Part shown: piece by piece, positions 12,650 through 25,361 of the stretch
Layout: each line of letters starts with the position of its first letter
Position numbering within the stretch: the stretch's first letter is position 1
DNA from: Vicugna vicugna
Taxonomy: Eukaryota
NCBI GenBank assembly: GCA_013265495.1
Contig: MU061537.1
Span: forward strand, 496,001-560,000
DNA length: 64,000 nucleotides
Direction of reading: 5' to 3'
Position numbers and translations under genes: made by a program
The notes under the pieces: model-generated
Told to the model about the DNA's origin: nothing
The model's input: only the letters and a program-made list of their open reading frames with translations
The model's database searches: none

Positions 12650-12855
12650 TTCTGACCTGAGTTCAGTCCCATTCAACATTTGTACCAATTTGTTTAGTTA
12701 AGAACATTGATAACAGATACCAGATTTGTAGATATCAAGAATATGGTAGGGACCATGAATATGTTGGAGAATAGAATCAGAATGCAGAGAGATCTTGGCA
12801 GGCTAGATCAAATCTCACAAGATTCAGTTTAAATGGGTTAAATGTAAAGTCTAGC
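12650..12855 (+). mobile_element. L3/CR1 LINE fragment (probably continues at about 13860-14310)
   Basis: Degraded RT-region sequence similar to mammalian L3 (aatcagaatgcagagagatcttggcaggctaga...aaatgtaaagtc). Confidence 0.5.
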
Positions 12856-13019
12856 ACAAAGGTTAAAAATGTACATACACACTTATTTTAACCTTTGTGC
12901 TTTATAGATGTCATATATATATGATATGGGAGATATGGCATAATATGTTTTGAAAATTACTTAGAAGATCCAACACTTATGCCTATATATACACACACAT
13001 ATAGATAACACATGAGATA

Positions 13020-13560
13020 ACTTTTGCTCACTTTTCATATCAGCAAGAATTTAAAAGACTGCTAATACCAAGTATTAGTAAAGGTATGGGGAAATGGCTA
13101 GGATACTCTCACAAGTCTAGTGGGAAAAGAAATAATTTTATGGCAAATTAAAATTATGTGTTAAAATGTTAAATGTGCATACCCTGTGATCCAGCAATTG
13201 AATCTCTCAATATTTACCCCAGAGAGATATTCCTACATAACACTAAGAGACATAAAGAATTTTCAATGAAACACTGTAACAGCAAAAAATTAGAAACAAT
13301 CTATATGTCCAACAACAAAATGGTTAGAGAAACTGTGCTACATTCATGCTATGGGATCCATAATATATCAGCTATAAAAAATGTACTGACATGAAAAGCT
13401 CTCTGAAACATATTAAGTGAAAAAAGAACACATAGAATAACACAAACCATGATACCATTTATGTTTTTAAAATCCTATATAACTACATATAACTCTATAG
13501 CTATGTAAATACATAGAAATAAGTCTGGAAGGATACATAACCAAAAGGACCAAGATTTGA
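13020..13560 (+). mobile_element. Old L1 3' fragment (L1ME/MC-like)
   Basis: ataccctgtgatccagcaatt...gcaaaaaattagaaacaatcta...gtctggaaggataca. Confidence 0.65.
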
Positions 13561-13616
13561 GACAATGGTCAAGGAAGACTTTGGCCTTGGCCATTGTTTT
13601 ATTGAATGAAGATTTT

Positions 13617-13720
13617 TGTTTGTTTTATGAGTGGTAGGTAATTAGATTTATTTATATTTAGAGGAGATACTGGGGATTGAACCCAGGACCTTGTGCATGC
13701 TAAGCATGCGCTCTAACACT
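13617..13720 (-). mobile_element. 5'-truncated Vic-1-like SINE with perfect TSD
   Basis: TSD ttgaatgaagatttt at 13602-13616 and 13720-13734; head truncated at a TTGA microhomology. Confidence 0.85.
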
Positions 13721-14335
13721 TGAATGAAGATTTTAATCTCTATTATTTACAAATTTTATAAAGTAGATGTATTCCTATATTATTTACAAAATTGAAATAA
13801 ATCAAAACCCATTACCTCATCTCCTAAAGTATACCCCTAGGTTTTAGTTAGTGTCAGTTTTAATGAGTCAATAGTGTGATAGGGTGAGTACTGAAGAAAA
13901 TCTAAGGGGACCTAAGGCTCCCTCACAGTCCAAGTCCACAACCAAGCAGGGGATGCTTTAGTTCTACTTGGCTCAGTCAGGCCACATCTGGACCAGACTT
14001 AGAGAGGCACACTTACACATTTGAGCTCATCCAGAAAGCAGTCAGGGTGATGCCAGGAGTCCATATCATGTCAAGAAGCAAGAACTGAAGGAAGGGAGAA
14101 TATTTTGACTAGTGAAATGAGATGTTGAGAGATGTGACCCAAATACTTAAAGAGTTTTAATGAAGGTGAAGATAGTAGTAAATTTTAATACACTGGAGTT
14201 ATTCAAGAAAAAACTAAATGATCATTTGTCAGGGATGCTCTGGAAAATATTAATTCAGGAGGAATTAGTTAGAACTAGATGATCTTCAAGGTTTCAACTA
14301 ACTTTAAGAATCTGTTTTAAATTCCCTTGGTCTCA

Positions 14336-15241
14336 CACAAAGAGGGAACCACAGCGGGATGGTAGGAAGGGCCCACTCAGGATATAATCGGGTCCTATGC
14401 CCTGGGGTGAGCAAGCCTTAAGCTGGAGAATAATTATATTGCGGAGGTTATCCCACTGGAGTAAGAGTTCTGAGCCCCAGGTCAGTCTCCCCATCCTGGG
14501 GGTCTAGCATTGGGAGGAGGAGCCCCCAGAGCATTTGGCCTTGAAGGCCAGTGGGGCTTAACTGCAGGAGCTCCACAGGAGTGGGGGAAATAGAGACTTC
14601 ACTCTTACAGAGAGCACACAAAATATCATACACACTGGGACCAATGGCAGCAGCAGTGATTTCATAGGAACCTGGGCCAGACCAAGCTGTTGCTCTTGGA
14701 GGGTCTTCTGGGGAGGTGGGGGGTGGCTGTAGCTTACCCTGGGGACATAAAAGCTGGCGGAGGACATATGGGGAGGATCATCAGCATAAACTCTCCTGGA
14801 GGCTGGCATTTTGATTGGGTCATTAGCACTAAGACCTGGCCCCAACCAACAGCCTGCAGGCTTAAGTGCTGGGAAGCCTCAGGCCAAACAACTAACTGGG
14901 TGGGAACACAGCCTCACTCATCAGTCAACAGGCTACCTGAAGATTTCCTGAGACCACAGTCTCAAAAGGCACACCCCAAGACACGGCCCTGAGCACCAAA
15001 GGGCCAGGACCCAGCCTCCTCCACCAGTGGCTTCTCCCACCAGGAAGCCTGCATAAGCTCCAAACCAGCCTAACCCACCAGATGACAGGCACCATGGAAG
15101 AGGGATACATTGGGAGTTTGTAACTGGCAGATACAAACTACTATGTACTGAACAGATAAACAACAAGGTCCTACTGCATAGCACAGGGAACTGTATTCAA
15201 TGGCTTGTAGTAACCTGTAATGAAAAAGAATATGAAAAAGA

Positions 15242-15277
<36 letters not shown>

Positions 15278-15360
15278 GGAGAGAAACTGAATCATTATGC
15301 TGTGCACCAGAAACTAATACAACATTGAAACCAACTATAATTCAATTGAAAAAAGGTTAA
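14336..15360 (+). mobile_element. Cetartiodactyl L1 5'UTR joined directly to an L1 3' terminus (no ORFs)
   Basis: 14340-15090 resembles an artiodactyl L1 5'UTR; 15095-15355 is an L1_Art-type 3' end (aacaacaaggtcctact...gcacagggaac...gctgtgcaccagaaactaatacaacatt). Confidence 0.7.
15244..15274. repeat. (AC)n microsatellite
   Basis: About 15 AC units inside the L1 3' end. Confidence 0.95.
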
Positions 15361-16215
15361 AAATATTCCCTTATTCTCAGCCAAATTTATCAAACCCCAA
15401 ATTCCTTAAATGGCTTTCCTTTGAGTTGTTTTATTGTGGAGAGGATGCTAGGCTTTCAAAGGCACTTTAGCATAATACAAATTGGAAGGAATAACCTCAC
15501 TCCATGAGTGCCAATTAAATGCCTCAGAGGATACAAAGATTATTATTGGAATGCTTAAGTACCAACTGAAGGGATGTGATAAAAATTCAAGTTTAATTTT
15601 TGTCTCCTCCTGCCTCTGCAAAATGTATTTCAGTGAGAGATGTTTTCCTCTGACTTGGATGTTTTCCAGCATCCCCCTAACATTTCATCACCTTTACGTA
15701 AGTCTTGCAATCATTTTAAGTAGCAGAACACACCCTTGATTCAGAAATAGATGAACAAACACCTGAGTCTTCATTACAGGTGAGAGCATCTCCACCCCAC
15801 AGCCAGGATCCACGCAGCCTGCAAGCTTGCCTTTGTGGAAGAGTGGCAGTGGGCGTCTCCTGTCCCTCTGTTCCACTTTCTCCTGTTGCCCAGATGCTGA
15901 CATGGACACCTTCAGGAATGGAGCAGAAGACAGAGGGCAGAATGTTCTTGGTGGCTTCACGCTCTCTAGGCTTGGCTGCTGTTGAAAGCTGTTTCATGGG
16001 CATTTGTGTGGATCCATCAGAGGCTTCCCCACTGGGCCTTCCCAATAGCAACGTCAGCTTCCCTGAAGTGAGGTGATGCATTTTACTTCCATGGCCACCA
16101 CTCCCCGCTCATTCTTTTGTTTTCCAGAGGTTCATTCTACACGGAACCCTTTGTGAAGAGTCCCACTATGTTTCCAGGAAATTCTCTTGAGCAGGATTTA
16201 AACTCCCTTGGATTT

Positions 16216-16264
16216 AAATATACGTGAAGCCTGGGAACTTGGTTCCCAGGCTTCACGTATATTT
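16216..16264. repeat. Perfect 23-bp inverted repeat with 3-nt spacer
   Basis: aaatatacgtgaagcctgggaac-ttg-gttcccaggcttcacgtatattt. Confidence 0.97.
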
Positions 16265-18354
16265 GACCTTTTGTCAGAAGGGAGAACAGTTGATTCCAAC
16301 ACATAGCTGTCTGCTCTGTTACCTCAGGCTCTGTTGTTAGCCAACCTTTGCCTTGAAATTCCTCTACCATGAGTCATACACAGTCTAACGATCACCTCCT
16401 ACCCAGGAACAAATATTAAATGCTTCAGTGTTCCCTTGAGACCCTTATTTCTAGGCTTGAGAAGAGGGAAGTATCCCCACCTCCTCTCCTCAGGACTGGA
16501 TGTGGCTCACAACACGGTAGTAGCTCTCTCCAAAGAAATCTCATTTGTAAACCTTATCTCCACTTTTTATACTCTTGAAATGGGTGAGAGGGGTTCAAGA
16601 ATTGTGGAGCAGGTCCTTGGTGACGTCCTTTAAACCTTTATGTCTGGCGTCTCCCTTGGGAATTTCACACTATTATGACTTGGTACCCCAGTGGAAACAT
16701 CCAATTACAATCTTGTTAAGGGTAAAACATAATTTTCTCTATCAATTCTGTTCATCCTTCCCCATTCCCTACCTTGAATCTCTGTGATTTAGTCACACTT
16801 CACAGGCCAGGTCATAATGTAGTCATCAAATTGGTCTGACATGGTCTGGTCATGCCTCCCTTTAGCGATAAAAAAGCCAAGCCAAGGCCTAGGGCCCACT
16901 ACAGTGACCCCACTACCCATGAGAAGGAAAGCTCAGGACTCCCTCTTGGTTCTAAACCTAGTTCTCCATGAGGGTGTACATAGAACATTGTGTTTGGGGG
17001 GGTAGCAATGGACTTTGGAGTCTGTCAATTACCAAATGACCTTAGATAAATTACTTTTCCTGAGCTTCATTAAAATTTTGTAAAACAGTCTTAGCTTCTA
17101 ATTCAAAATTTAATTTTTAATCACACAATTAATGCACAAATATTCTCCTTGTAAAAAAAAGCAAAACATTACAGATGAGACTAAATTTCCTTTGATTACC
17201 ACCTTCAGTACCTCTCCCCTAAACCCTTTCCAGATATAGCCACACTTCTCAGTTTAGAATTTATCTTTCTAGTCCTTTTTCAATTAAATCTGTTTTTAAC
17301 CAGTAAAAATAAGATAATAATATCTATTCTGTGAAACAGGACAGAGATGAAAATGCAAAGTGCACAATGTTTTCTTGTATTTCTTCAGTGTGTTGGAAGG
17401 GACTGAGACCTCCTGCAGGAACATAGCTCTACACTAAATTCAAACTGAAGAAAGCTTACTTATTTCTAGTGGTGGAACTACCTGACCTCTTTATGGTATT
17501 AGAAAATTCCAGTTTTTAAATTTTTTTCAAAAAAATTCAGCAGACATCATGCACAGAATCTACAGTGGGAATAAGCTGTAGCCTGTTACATGGACACAGC
17601 CAGCCTCCTCTTGGTTGGGGTCTGTTGGAGAAGGGGAGCCAGAGCCAAAGGCCCAGAGAACATTCTGCTTCGTTTATACTCCTCCATTTCAGTCGGGCAA
17701 TGACGATTTTGTCTTTTCTTTCCTGTGGCTTTCATTTCACATGCAGACAGCGAGAGATCATGTATCCAGATTACCTCCTTCCCCCCAAACAGCTTTCCAT
17801 CTGAGCACAACAAAGACAAAAAGTAAAGCAAACCTCTCTCCCCACACAGTTCTGCTTTTCCATCATTTCACAGGACAAGGCACACTCCCACAATTCCTTT
17901 TTCCCACTATCAGAGAGGAAGCATAAGCCAAGACTTCCAAAGGCACCAGTTGGTTTGTTTCCAGGTGCCCCAGAGCAGGATTTTATTTTAGCATAAGAAC
18001 AAATTCCATTTACTGAGCATGGACTTTGCCAGCCGTGATACATATATCTAATTCTTTACATAGATCTAATTTAATTCTAACAAAAGCCATAAACAGTATT
18101 ATAATTATCCTCGTATTACAGATAAAGGGGCTAGGGTTCAAAAAGATTAAATAATTCTATTCTTAAGCTGTGAAACAAAGGAGATGTTTAAGAACAGTAC
18201 CAGCCAGTGGGAAGTAGCATCTGGGAGCAGGACTGAAAGCCATGGAAATGTGGGGAGAATAGAAGAGGTGGGGCAATAGCAAATTAAGAGAAAGAAAAAT
18301 GCATGTTCCAGCAAGAACTGCCATTCACCCCCATCTCTCAGCCTGGGCCAGGCT

Positions 18355-18391
18355 TGTGTGTGTGTGTGTGTCTGTGTGTCTGTGTGTGTGT
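18355..18391. repeat. Interrupted (TG)n microsatellite
   Basis: tgtgtg...tctgtgtgtctgtgtgtgtgt. Confidence 0.9.
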
Positions 18392-18949
18392 AAACAAATC
18401 GTCATAGCAACTATTTGGTTTATGTCATGACAACACAGGCTTGCAGTGTCTAAATAAGGTCACTGGCGAGAATGTGTGTGGCCTGGGGAGGGGAAGCGGG
18501 ACCTCTGAGTCAAGGGGAAATTGTGCAGAAGGGGCAGATTCCTTTGGTGCACCCTCATCTATCCCTCCCTGCTCACCCTCAAGGGAGGAAAGGGGCTTAA
18601 AGCCCTGCTCTCCCTGATTCACAGTAGTCACAGTTAAGAGCTAAGTCTTGCATATTTTTTTGTCTTATTTTAACCAATTATGTAAATTCCTATCCAGCCA
18701 GGGGGATCCCCTGGTGCAAGAGGGGGAGGGTAGAAACTTCTGCTTCTCATTTTCACCCCAGGTGCCACTTTCAGGGCCTCTGAGGGTAGAGAGAAGTTGG
18801 AGGGTCCCACCTGATGCAAGCACGGCGGCCCCAGAGGGGAAGCCGAGGGAGAGAAACCAGGCACACGGGTGGGTTAGTAAGGACAGGCTCTGCTGAGAGG
18901 ACTGAATGGCCCCAGGCTTGAGTTACAAGAGCCCCTTCCTTTAGTCAGC

Positions 18950-19138
18950 ACGGTGGTTCCCAACCAGGGGACCCCAGGGGACACAGGGCAATGCCAGGGG
19001 ACTTTTTTGACTGTCCTGAGCATCTAGTTGGTAGAAGAGAGAGAGATGCTGTTAACATCCTAAAATACACAGGACAGCTCCCATAACAAAAAATGTCTAG
19101 TCGAAAATGTCAGTAGTCCCAAGGTTGAGAAATTCTGA
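18950..19138. mobile_element. MER20-like hAT DNA transposon
   Basis: gtggttcccaaccagggg...catctagttggtaga...gatgctgttaacatccta...aaatgtcagtagtcccaaggttgagaaattctg. Confidence 0.7.
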
Positions 19139-21245
19139 ATTAGAAGGTGCTGGTCCTACATGAGTCCTCTCCTAGGTCCATTGCCGGAGCATCAGTGATG
19201 GGTTAGATTACTTGAAGGGTATACCATGGATGCCAGTTTGTTTCCTTGGGCCCTGAGTTCCTCTCAAACTTCCAACTCAAGTATTTTATTTGTTTACTTC
19301 TAACAAAAATAAATTTAAGCTAGAGTCCCAAATTTGCTGTGAAATCAGCTCCTAGAGATGAGGGCCTTGGGCGTAGGAAAAGCTGCCTGACAGAGGCTGT
19401 GTCACTGGGCAAAAGGCACAATCTTTTGGCCACAGTTCCATTGAATTTGATGATCTCAAATGTCCCTTTAGTTCCAAAACTGTACTTTTGGATAGTCCTT
19501 GTTAGTATTTGTACCAAGGTTGGGTCAATGGAAAAGGAAATGACTCAGAAATGCAATAGAGGGAAGTCTGAGAGTGATTCAGACCTTCCTAATCATAAAA
19601 GGCACCCCAGACATGGCCTTTAATGTGAAACCAAGACTCATGACCACTGAATGATGCCAGGACTTTCCTCTGTATATGTGAGTAGGTGGTATCCACATGG
19701 GGTGACCAAAGGGGCTGCCGAAAGCCAGTTCAAGGAATCCACCTGATTCAGACCAGATAAGAAGGTAGCTTAAGTTGCCTCTACCCACCACCCACCTCCA
19801 AATTAAAAAAAAAAAAAATCCCCCTTAGGTCTGCTAACGTTTGAATTTCTACCATGAGAGTTTTATCTACAGTTAAAAATACAAATATTCTATTGACCAT
19901 CTAGCTCACTTTATAGAATATTTATAAAATATAAATATTCTAGCATAGGTATCAGTTTGATGTTACTAACTGGGTTTCGGCTGATAATCAAGAATGATGC
20001 TTGTTGATGGGTATGTAGTTCTAACAGTTAATATGAGCAATTTGAGAGAAGTTCTTATACTATGTAAATTCTATCAGTTCAATCTTTTTCAATCTAAATA
20101 TTATAATAAAGATTTAATAACTAAGTTCACATTTTGTATTAATCTCTAGTATCTACCCATGATAAATGTATGTCAGAAGGTTCAAAAAAAGTCCATCTAA
20201 AAGCGCTAAGCACCTCTGTCACTAAACTTCCGTTTATACCAAAACTTTTCTCCTACCTGAAGGGGCCCTGTAATTTACCACAATGTGGTTATCAGTTTTG
20301 AGAGCTCTCTTCCTGTTATAAGCTATTGTTTTACAGAAAAAGCTACCCCTGGTTGACATACTGAGCACTTGGCCTCTACCTGTTCTTTCTTGGTCATGTG
20401 GCTCATCTAAAAGTTTTCCAAAAGACAGACTCAGCTTTGTGTGGGGAGTAACCCTTTGGATATTGTTCTTTCATTAGAGGACTTCATTTCCCTGCTTATC
20501 CACTGCTGCTGCCATTCAGAGACTGTTTTAACAAGCATTTCTAGAACTCTTCAGGGCTGTCTTGTTCATTGCTACACCCCCAGCATCAAGAATGATGTTT
20601 GGCATATAACACGTGCTCAGTAAATACTTGTTGAAGGAATAAATGGTTCATTAACTTATGTTCAGACTAATCTATAGGTATCCAGAAAAAATTAGAGTTT
20701 GACCTCTTTACGTGAGTGAATGCAGGGCTGTCTTCCAGTTGTTTGCTTTAGTCTAGCTTACTTGTTCCTCTTTGTAATCAGTGTTCAAACTACTGTTCCA
20801 TTTTTTTTCCCTAGAATGTCTTCTCAGAGATGGAATGCTTAACCTACCATTCAGTACCCTGAGAGACAGGCCTGAGGGGGCCAGACTTCAAAGCCCTATG
20901 GGGCCTTCAGTCAAGACTAGTACCAAACAACTTCTGCACCAAATTTGGAAACCTTAAGGCCTTCACTGCACAAATGGTTCCCATCTCTATAATCTTTGGA
21001 CCCTGCCCCAAATGCAGAACTTTCCGATTTGTACTTTTTTCATCCCTGGTCCACTTATTTCTTTGACGCCTCATGTAGAAACTTTTTAGAGAATTTCCCT
21101 CAACCCACTCATTCAAATCACACCGAGGTTCCCCACAAACACTGCTTAATTTGCAGACCTAGAGGGGTTTTCCTTCCTATACCAGCAGGTGGGGAACCAG
21201 AGATACTCCTAGCTTTCTAGTGCCACTTTTTTAAAACTTTTTTTT

Positions 21246-21390
21246 GGGGGATGGGATAGCTCAAGTGGTAGAGCACATGCTTAGCATGCATGAGGTCCTG
21301 GGTTCAATCCCCAGTACCTCCTCTAAAAAGTAAATAAGCCTAATTACCTACCCCTCTCCCACTAAAATAATTAAATAATACAATAATTTA
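21246..21390 (+). mobile_element. Vic-1-like SINE nested in the tail of an opposite-strand copy
   Basis: A/B boxes; flanked on both sides by tttaaaactttttt. Confidence 0.9.
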
Positions 21391-21399
21391 AAACTTTTT

Positions 21400-21514
21400 T
21401 AACCAAGGGGGAGGTAATTTATTTATTTGTTTTTAGAGGAGGTACTGAGGACTGAACCCAGGACCTCATGCATGCTAAGCATGCGCTCTACCACTTGAGC
21501 TATCCCCTCCACCC
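21400..21514 (-). mobile_element. Vic-1-like SINE
   Basis: Reverse-complement A/B boxes; outer TSD-like tagctttctagtgccactttt / tagcttcctagtatcattttt. Confidence 0.9.
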
Positions 21515-23087
21515 TTAGCTTCCTAGTATCATTTTTAGGCCCTTATTTTTCCAAGATATTTGCATGCAACTCCTGCTTTGGAGTTCACTCTGTCAAGCTA
21601 AACTCTCCTTTATATTCTTTGCTGTTCTTGCCCATTCCTACACCAGGACAGGCACTTGGCTTCATCTTCTCCTTCCAAATTTTGCATAATTTTGGATTCA
21701 TTTAAACACCTTGATTTACTGATCCAACAATCCAAGCCCATAATTCTTTTGTTATTGCTGTTTTCTAAGCTAGACACTTTTTCTTTTCATAAAATAATAG
21801 TTGGGTTCAATAAGAGATAACAGAACAAAACCACAAACACATGAGCCCCCTCCCTTGGCAGCTGGATGAGGGAACTCCCTTAATTCTTTAACACTCCAAT
21901 GACCTTCACCTTTACTCCACTTAGAACACCCATTCCTACTGCCCTTGTCATTACATGGAAGAGTTCCAACTCTGAAATCTTGAACTCTAAAGTCATTCTG
22001 ACTACTGTGTCCCAAGCTTTCAGCTTAATCGCTTTCACTTCTAAATCATCTAATCTTTGACCTTACCAAGACTTCTCTTGACCAGAGTTTTTATACCTTC
22101 CTGAGCCTACCTTCTTACCCAGTCTGAATTGGGGGGACTCCTAGAACTGTCTGTCATCACACCTTCAATGCCCTTGTTCCCTTGTCAATCCACGTTATCT
22201 GTCTACAAATCACGACCCAGGATATACACAATAACGTTTTCTCTGCTCTTGCACCCAGGCAGCTGGGTGTTGCTAGAGAAAATAGCAGAAATGTGCACAC
22301 TTGATCTTAGTCAAAAGGCCAAGCAGCAATGAAAACAGCAGAAATACGTGGGTTGATACCATTCCAAGGATTGCACATTCATGGTTTCTAATCTGTTAGG
22401 CCTCAGCATTGCTCCCTAACTCTTTTACTTAGTATTTTTCATCAGCTTTCATCTCCCTGCCTTCCATCCTCTTCTATACTATGCCACACTTCTTACGCCC
22501 CCTAACTCCCACCTCCCTTACTCTCCACTAGCAACTTCGCATCCTATTCCACAAACAAGGCAGCTGTCAGACAGGGACGCCCATTGATTACCTGCTCCCA
22601 TTCACAAACAGCTGTGAGTTTATCCATTGTTACACTTTCACCTTGAGTCTCAAGCGGTATGAGGTATATATCCTCCTCTTGTGGTCAGTTCTTGCTCAGC
22701 TGATTTGCTGACTACACTAACCCCAGCACCTCACCTTCCACAGTGGCTGGCACATAGTAAGTGCTCAATTAATGTTTGCTGAACTATTGTTTAATTAACC
22801 AAGTCCAACTGAGCTCTTGTTTCCACCTCACCCCCTTTCTCTTCAGAACTCTGTTCAGAACCCTGCCTTTTGGTTCTAAACATTCTCCATTGAACTTCTA
22901 TTTTTACTTGTTCCTTTCACTGAATAAATAAATGTGCCTAAATCACTCCCTTCCTAAAACAACAACATACAACAAAACCTTCACACACCATTCAATTCTA
23001 CAGGCAAGATTCTACTTCTACCAATCCACTGAAACTGGTCTCAGAAAGGTTACTAATTGGCAAATCAAAAGGACACCCTTCAGCCTA

Positions 23088-23207
23088 TTTGGTGGGGGTG
23101 TAATTAGGCTTATTCACTTACTTACTTTAACGGAGGTACTGGAGATTGAACGCAGGACCTCATGCATGCTAAGCATGACTCTACTATTGAGCTACACCCT
23201 CGCCACC
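23088..23207 (-). mobile_element. Vic-1-like SINE
   Basis: ggaggtactggagattgaacgcaggacctcatgcatgctaagc...gagctacaccctc. Confidence 0.85.
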
Positions 23208-23299
23208 AAATCACATCTAATGTACAGCACTGTAGCAACGTAAGTCTGTCTTACCCATAACACAACTAACCCATGGTAACAACTTACTAAGTGGAGTGG

Positions 23300-23990
23300 A
23301 GTACAGAATTCTCCACTGAGATGTTTCATTGTTACTTCAAACTTATTATGCCTCATGTTGAATTCATCATTCAGCCACACCCCTTCTCAACTTTTCCATC
23401 CCATTAATAGCATCTCTGACATACCAATTTACCCTCTCCAATCTCATCCTCACAGTGAAGTCAGAAAGATTATTCTAAAGAGCCAATCTAATCATGTCAT
23501 TTCCTTGCTCAAAATCTTTAGACAGCAGCTTCTCCAGGACTGCCTCCAGGATCAAGTCTAAAGGCCCTTTGTGATCTAACCCTTGCTTCTGTCCACCCAC
23601 CTCTGGCCTCATTCCTTGCTGCTATGCTACAGCTACTCTCAATTATTTTAACTTTCCAGAATGTAAAACCTCTGCATCTTTTCACGTACTGTTCCTTCCA
23701 CCTGGAAGACCCCCTTTCCTGATCTAACCCCTTTACCTAAATCCTGCTGCTCCATCATGTTTCAGCTTAGAGGCTACTTTCTGTGAAAGCATTTTCCTGA
23801 CCTTCTCCCACCTCCCCAAGTGAGGTGACTGCCCTTACTCTGTGCTTCCAGAGCATTTTGTGCTTCCCCCCATCATAGCACTGAATCCTTGCATTCTCAC
23901 TGTCAGTCTTCCTATCTTTATTATAGCCCCTCTATAGTCTGTAAGCCCTGAGGGTAGGAGGCACGTCTTACACGCTGTCGTAGTCCCTGA
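23300..23990 (+). mobile_element. L2 LINE 3' fragment
   Basis: aatctaatcatgtcatttccttgctcaaaatcttt...tgttccttccacctggaa...ctgtaagccctgagggtagg. Confidence 0.65.
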
Positions 23991-25188
23991 AGTAAGGGCT
24001 TAACAAGCCTCATCTTGTTAATCATCACAACAATCCTCTATGGTAGGTCCTACATCATTCCTATTTTACAAAGTAAGTAAACTGAAGCGAAGAGTTTAAG
24101 AAGCTTATCCTGAGTTATCAAAATCAATCAAAACCAGGATTTAAAACCAGGCAACTTGACACTAAAACCAGTCCATCACTAACTCTATCACCTTTAAATC
24201 ACTTCTCCACGGGACCTGGCAGTGACCCATTTAAAACATAGAACTGACCAGACTTCTCTGTGACCCCTCAGTGGCTCCTCCGCCTGCCTGCCGGCCACGT
24301 CCTCCTGTCTTCCTTCCTGGCCTAGCCTCCAGCCACTCCCCACGACTCACCTGATACACGGTTACTGCGCTAACCCCAGGTTCCACGTGGCCTCACCCAT
24401 CTCTAGTGTTGGTCTCTCTACCAAAATGCACTTTCTCACCTTACTTTTCTGGAGAAATCCTGTTCATCCTTCAGAATTTACTCCATGAAACCTTTTCTGA
24501 CCACTCCCCCACCCCCACCCCCCCGCAGGCGGTGCATCCTGCCTCCACTCTCAGGAGTGGTGTGACTTCGGAAAGCTACTGTTTTAGTTTTCTCACGTGT
24601 ATAATGGCCATACTAAGACAGCCCCCTCCATTGACTTGTGAGGACTAAGTGAGAGGATGTGAGTTAAGCCTCTAGCAATGGGCTTTGATGCACAGCCAAT
24701 TATTATTAAACACTTGTCTTTATTCCTCTATGTAGCTAGGCTTCTACTGCTGCAAGTTCAACTCACGTGTAGTTCCCCCTCCAGAGTGTAGTCTCCTTGG
24801 AAGAAGCACCGTATCGTTCATATTTTAGCACAATGCCTGCCATATCGTGGGCACTTACTCATTAATAATTGAACTACACTATTTAATAGTACGCATCTTT
24901 CAACGCCCAGCTCAATTTCCATTTCCTCCACTAATATTTACCTGATGATTCCGACCGTTTAAATTTTCCCTTCTCGGGATTTTTACCACTGCCTGACTAA
25001 TGACGTGCTGTCCTGCACCATTCGTATTAGTGTTGTCTCGATGACACATCAGGCCTCCCAGGGCAGAGACCATCTCTTATACTGTTTATCTGCCCAACAT
25101 CAGCTAGTATTTCCAACCACAAAGTTAGAGTTCAGTAATTATTTGTGAATTAAAATATTGCTGCCCAAGCATGGGAGGTCTCATCTTT

Positions 25189-25361
25189 TATTTTTTTAAT
25201 AAGTATTTATTTTTAATTTTTAAATATTTTAATTAGTTTACTTTTGGGGGGTTGGAGGTAATTAGGTTTTTATTTTATTTTTTAGATGGAGGTACTGGGG
25301 ACTGAATCCAGGGCCTCCTGCATGCTGAGCATGTGCTCTGCCACTTGAGCTACACCCTCCT
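25189..25361 (-). mobile_element. Vic-1-like SINE with TSD
   Basis: TSD catgggaggtctcatcttt 25170-25188 and catgggcagtctcatcttt 25362-25380. Confidence 0.88.

Noticed and set aside
15716..16081. 121-aa minus-strand ORF
   Set aside because: No recognisable protein similarity, splice structure or pseudogene hallmarks
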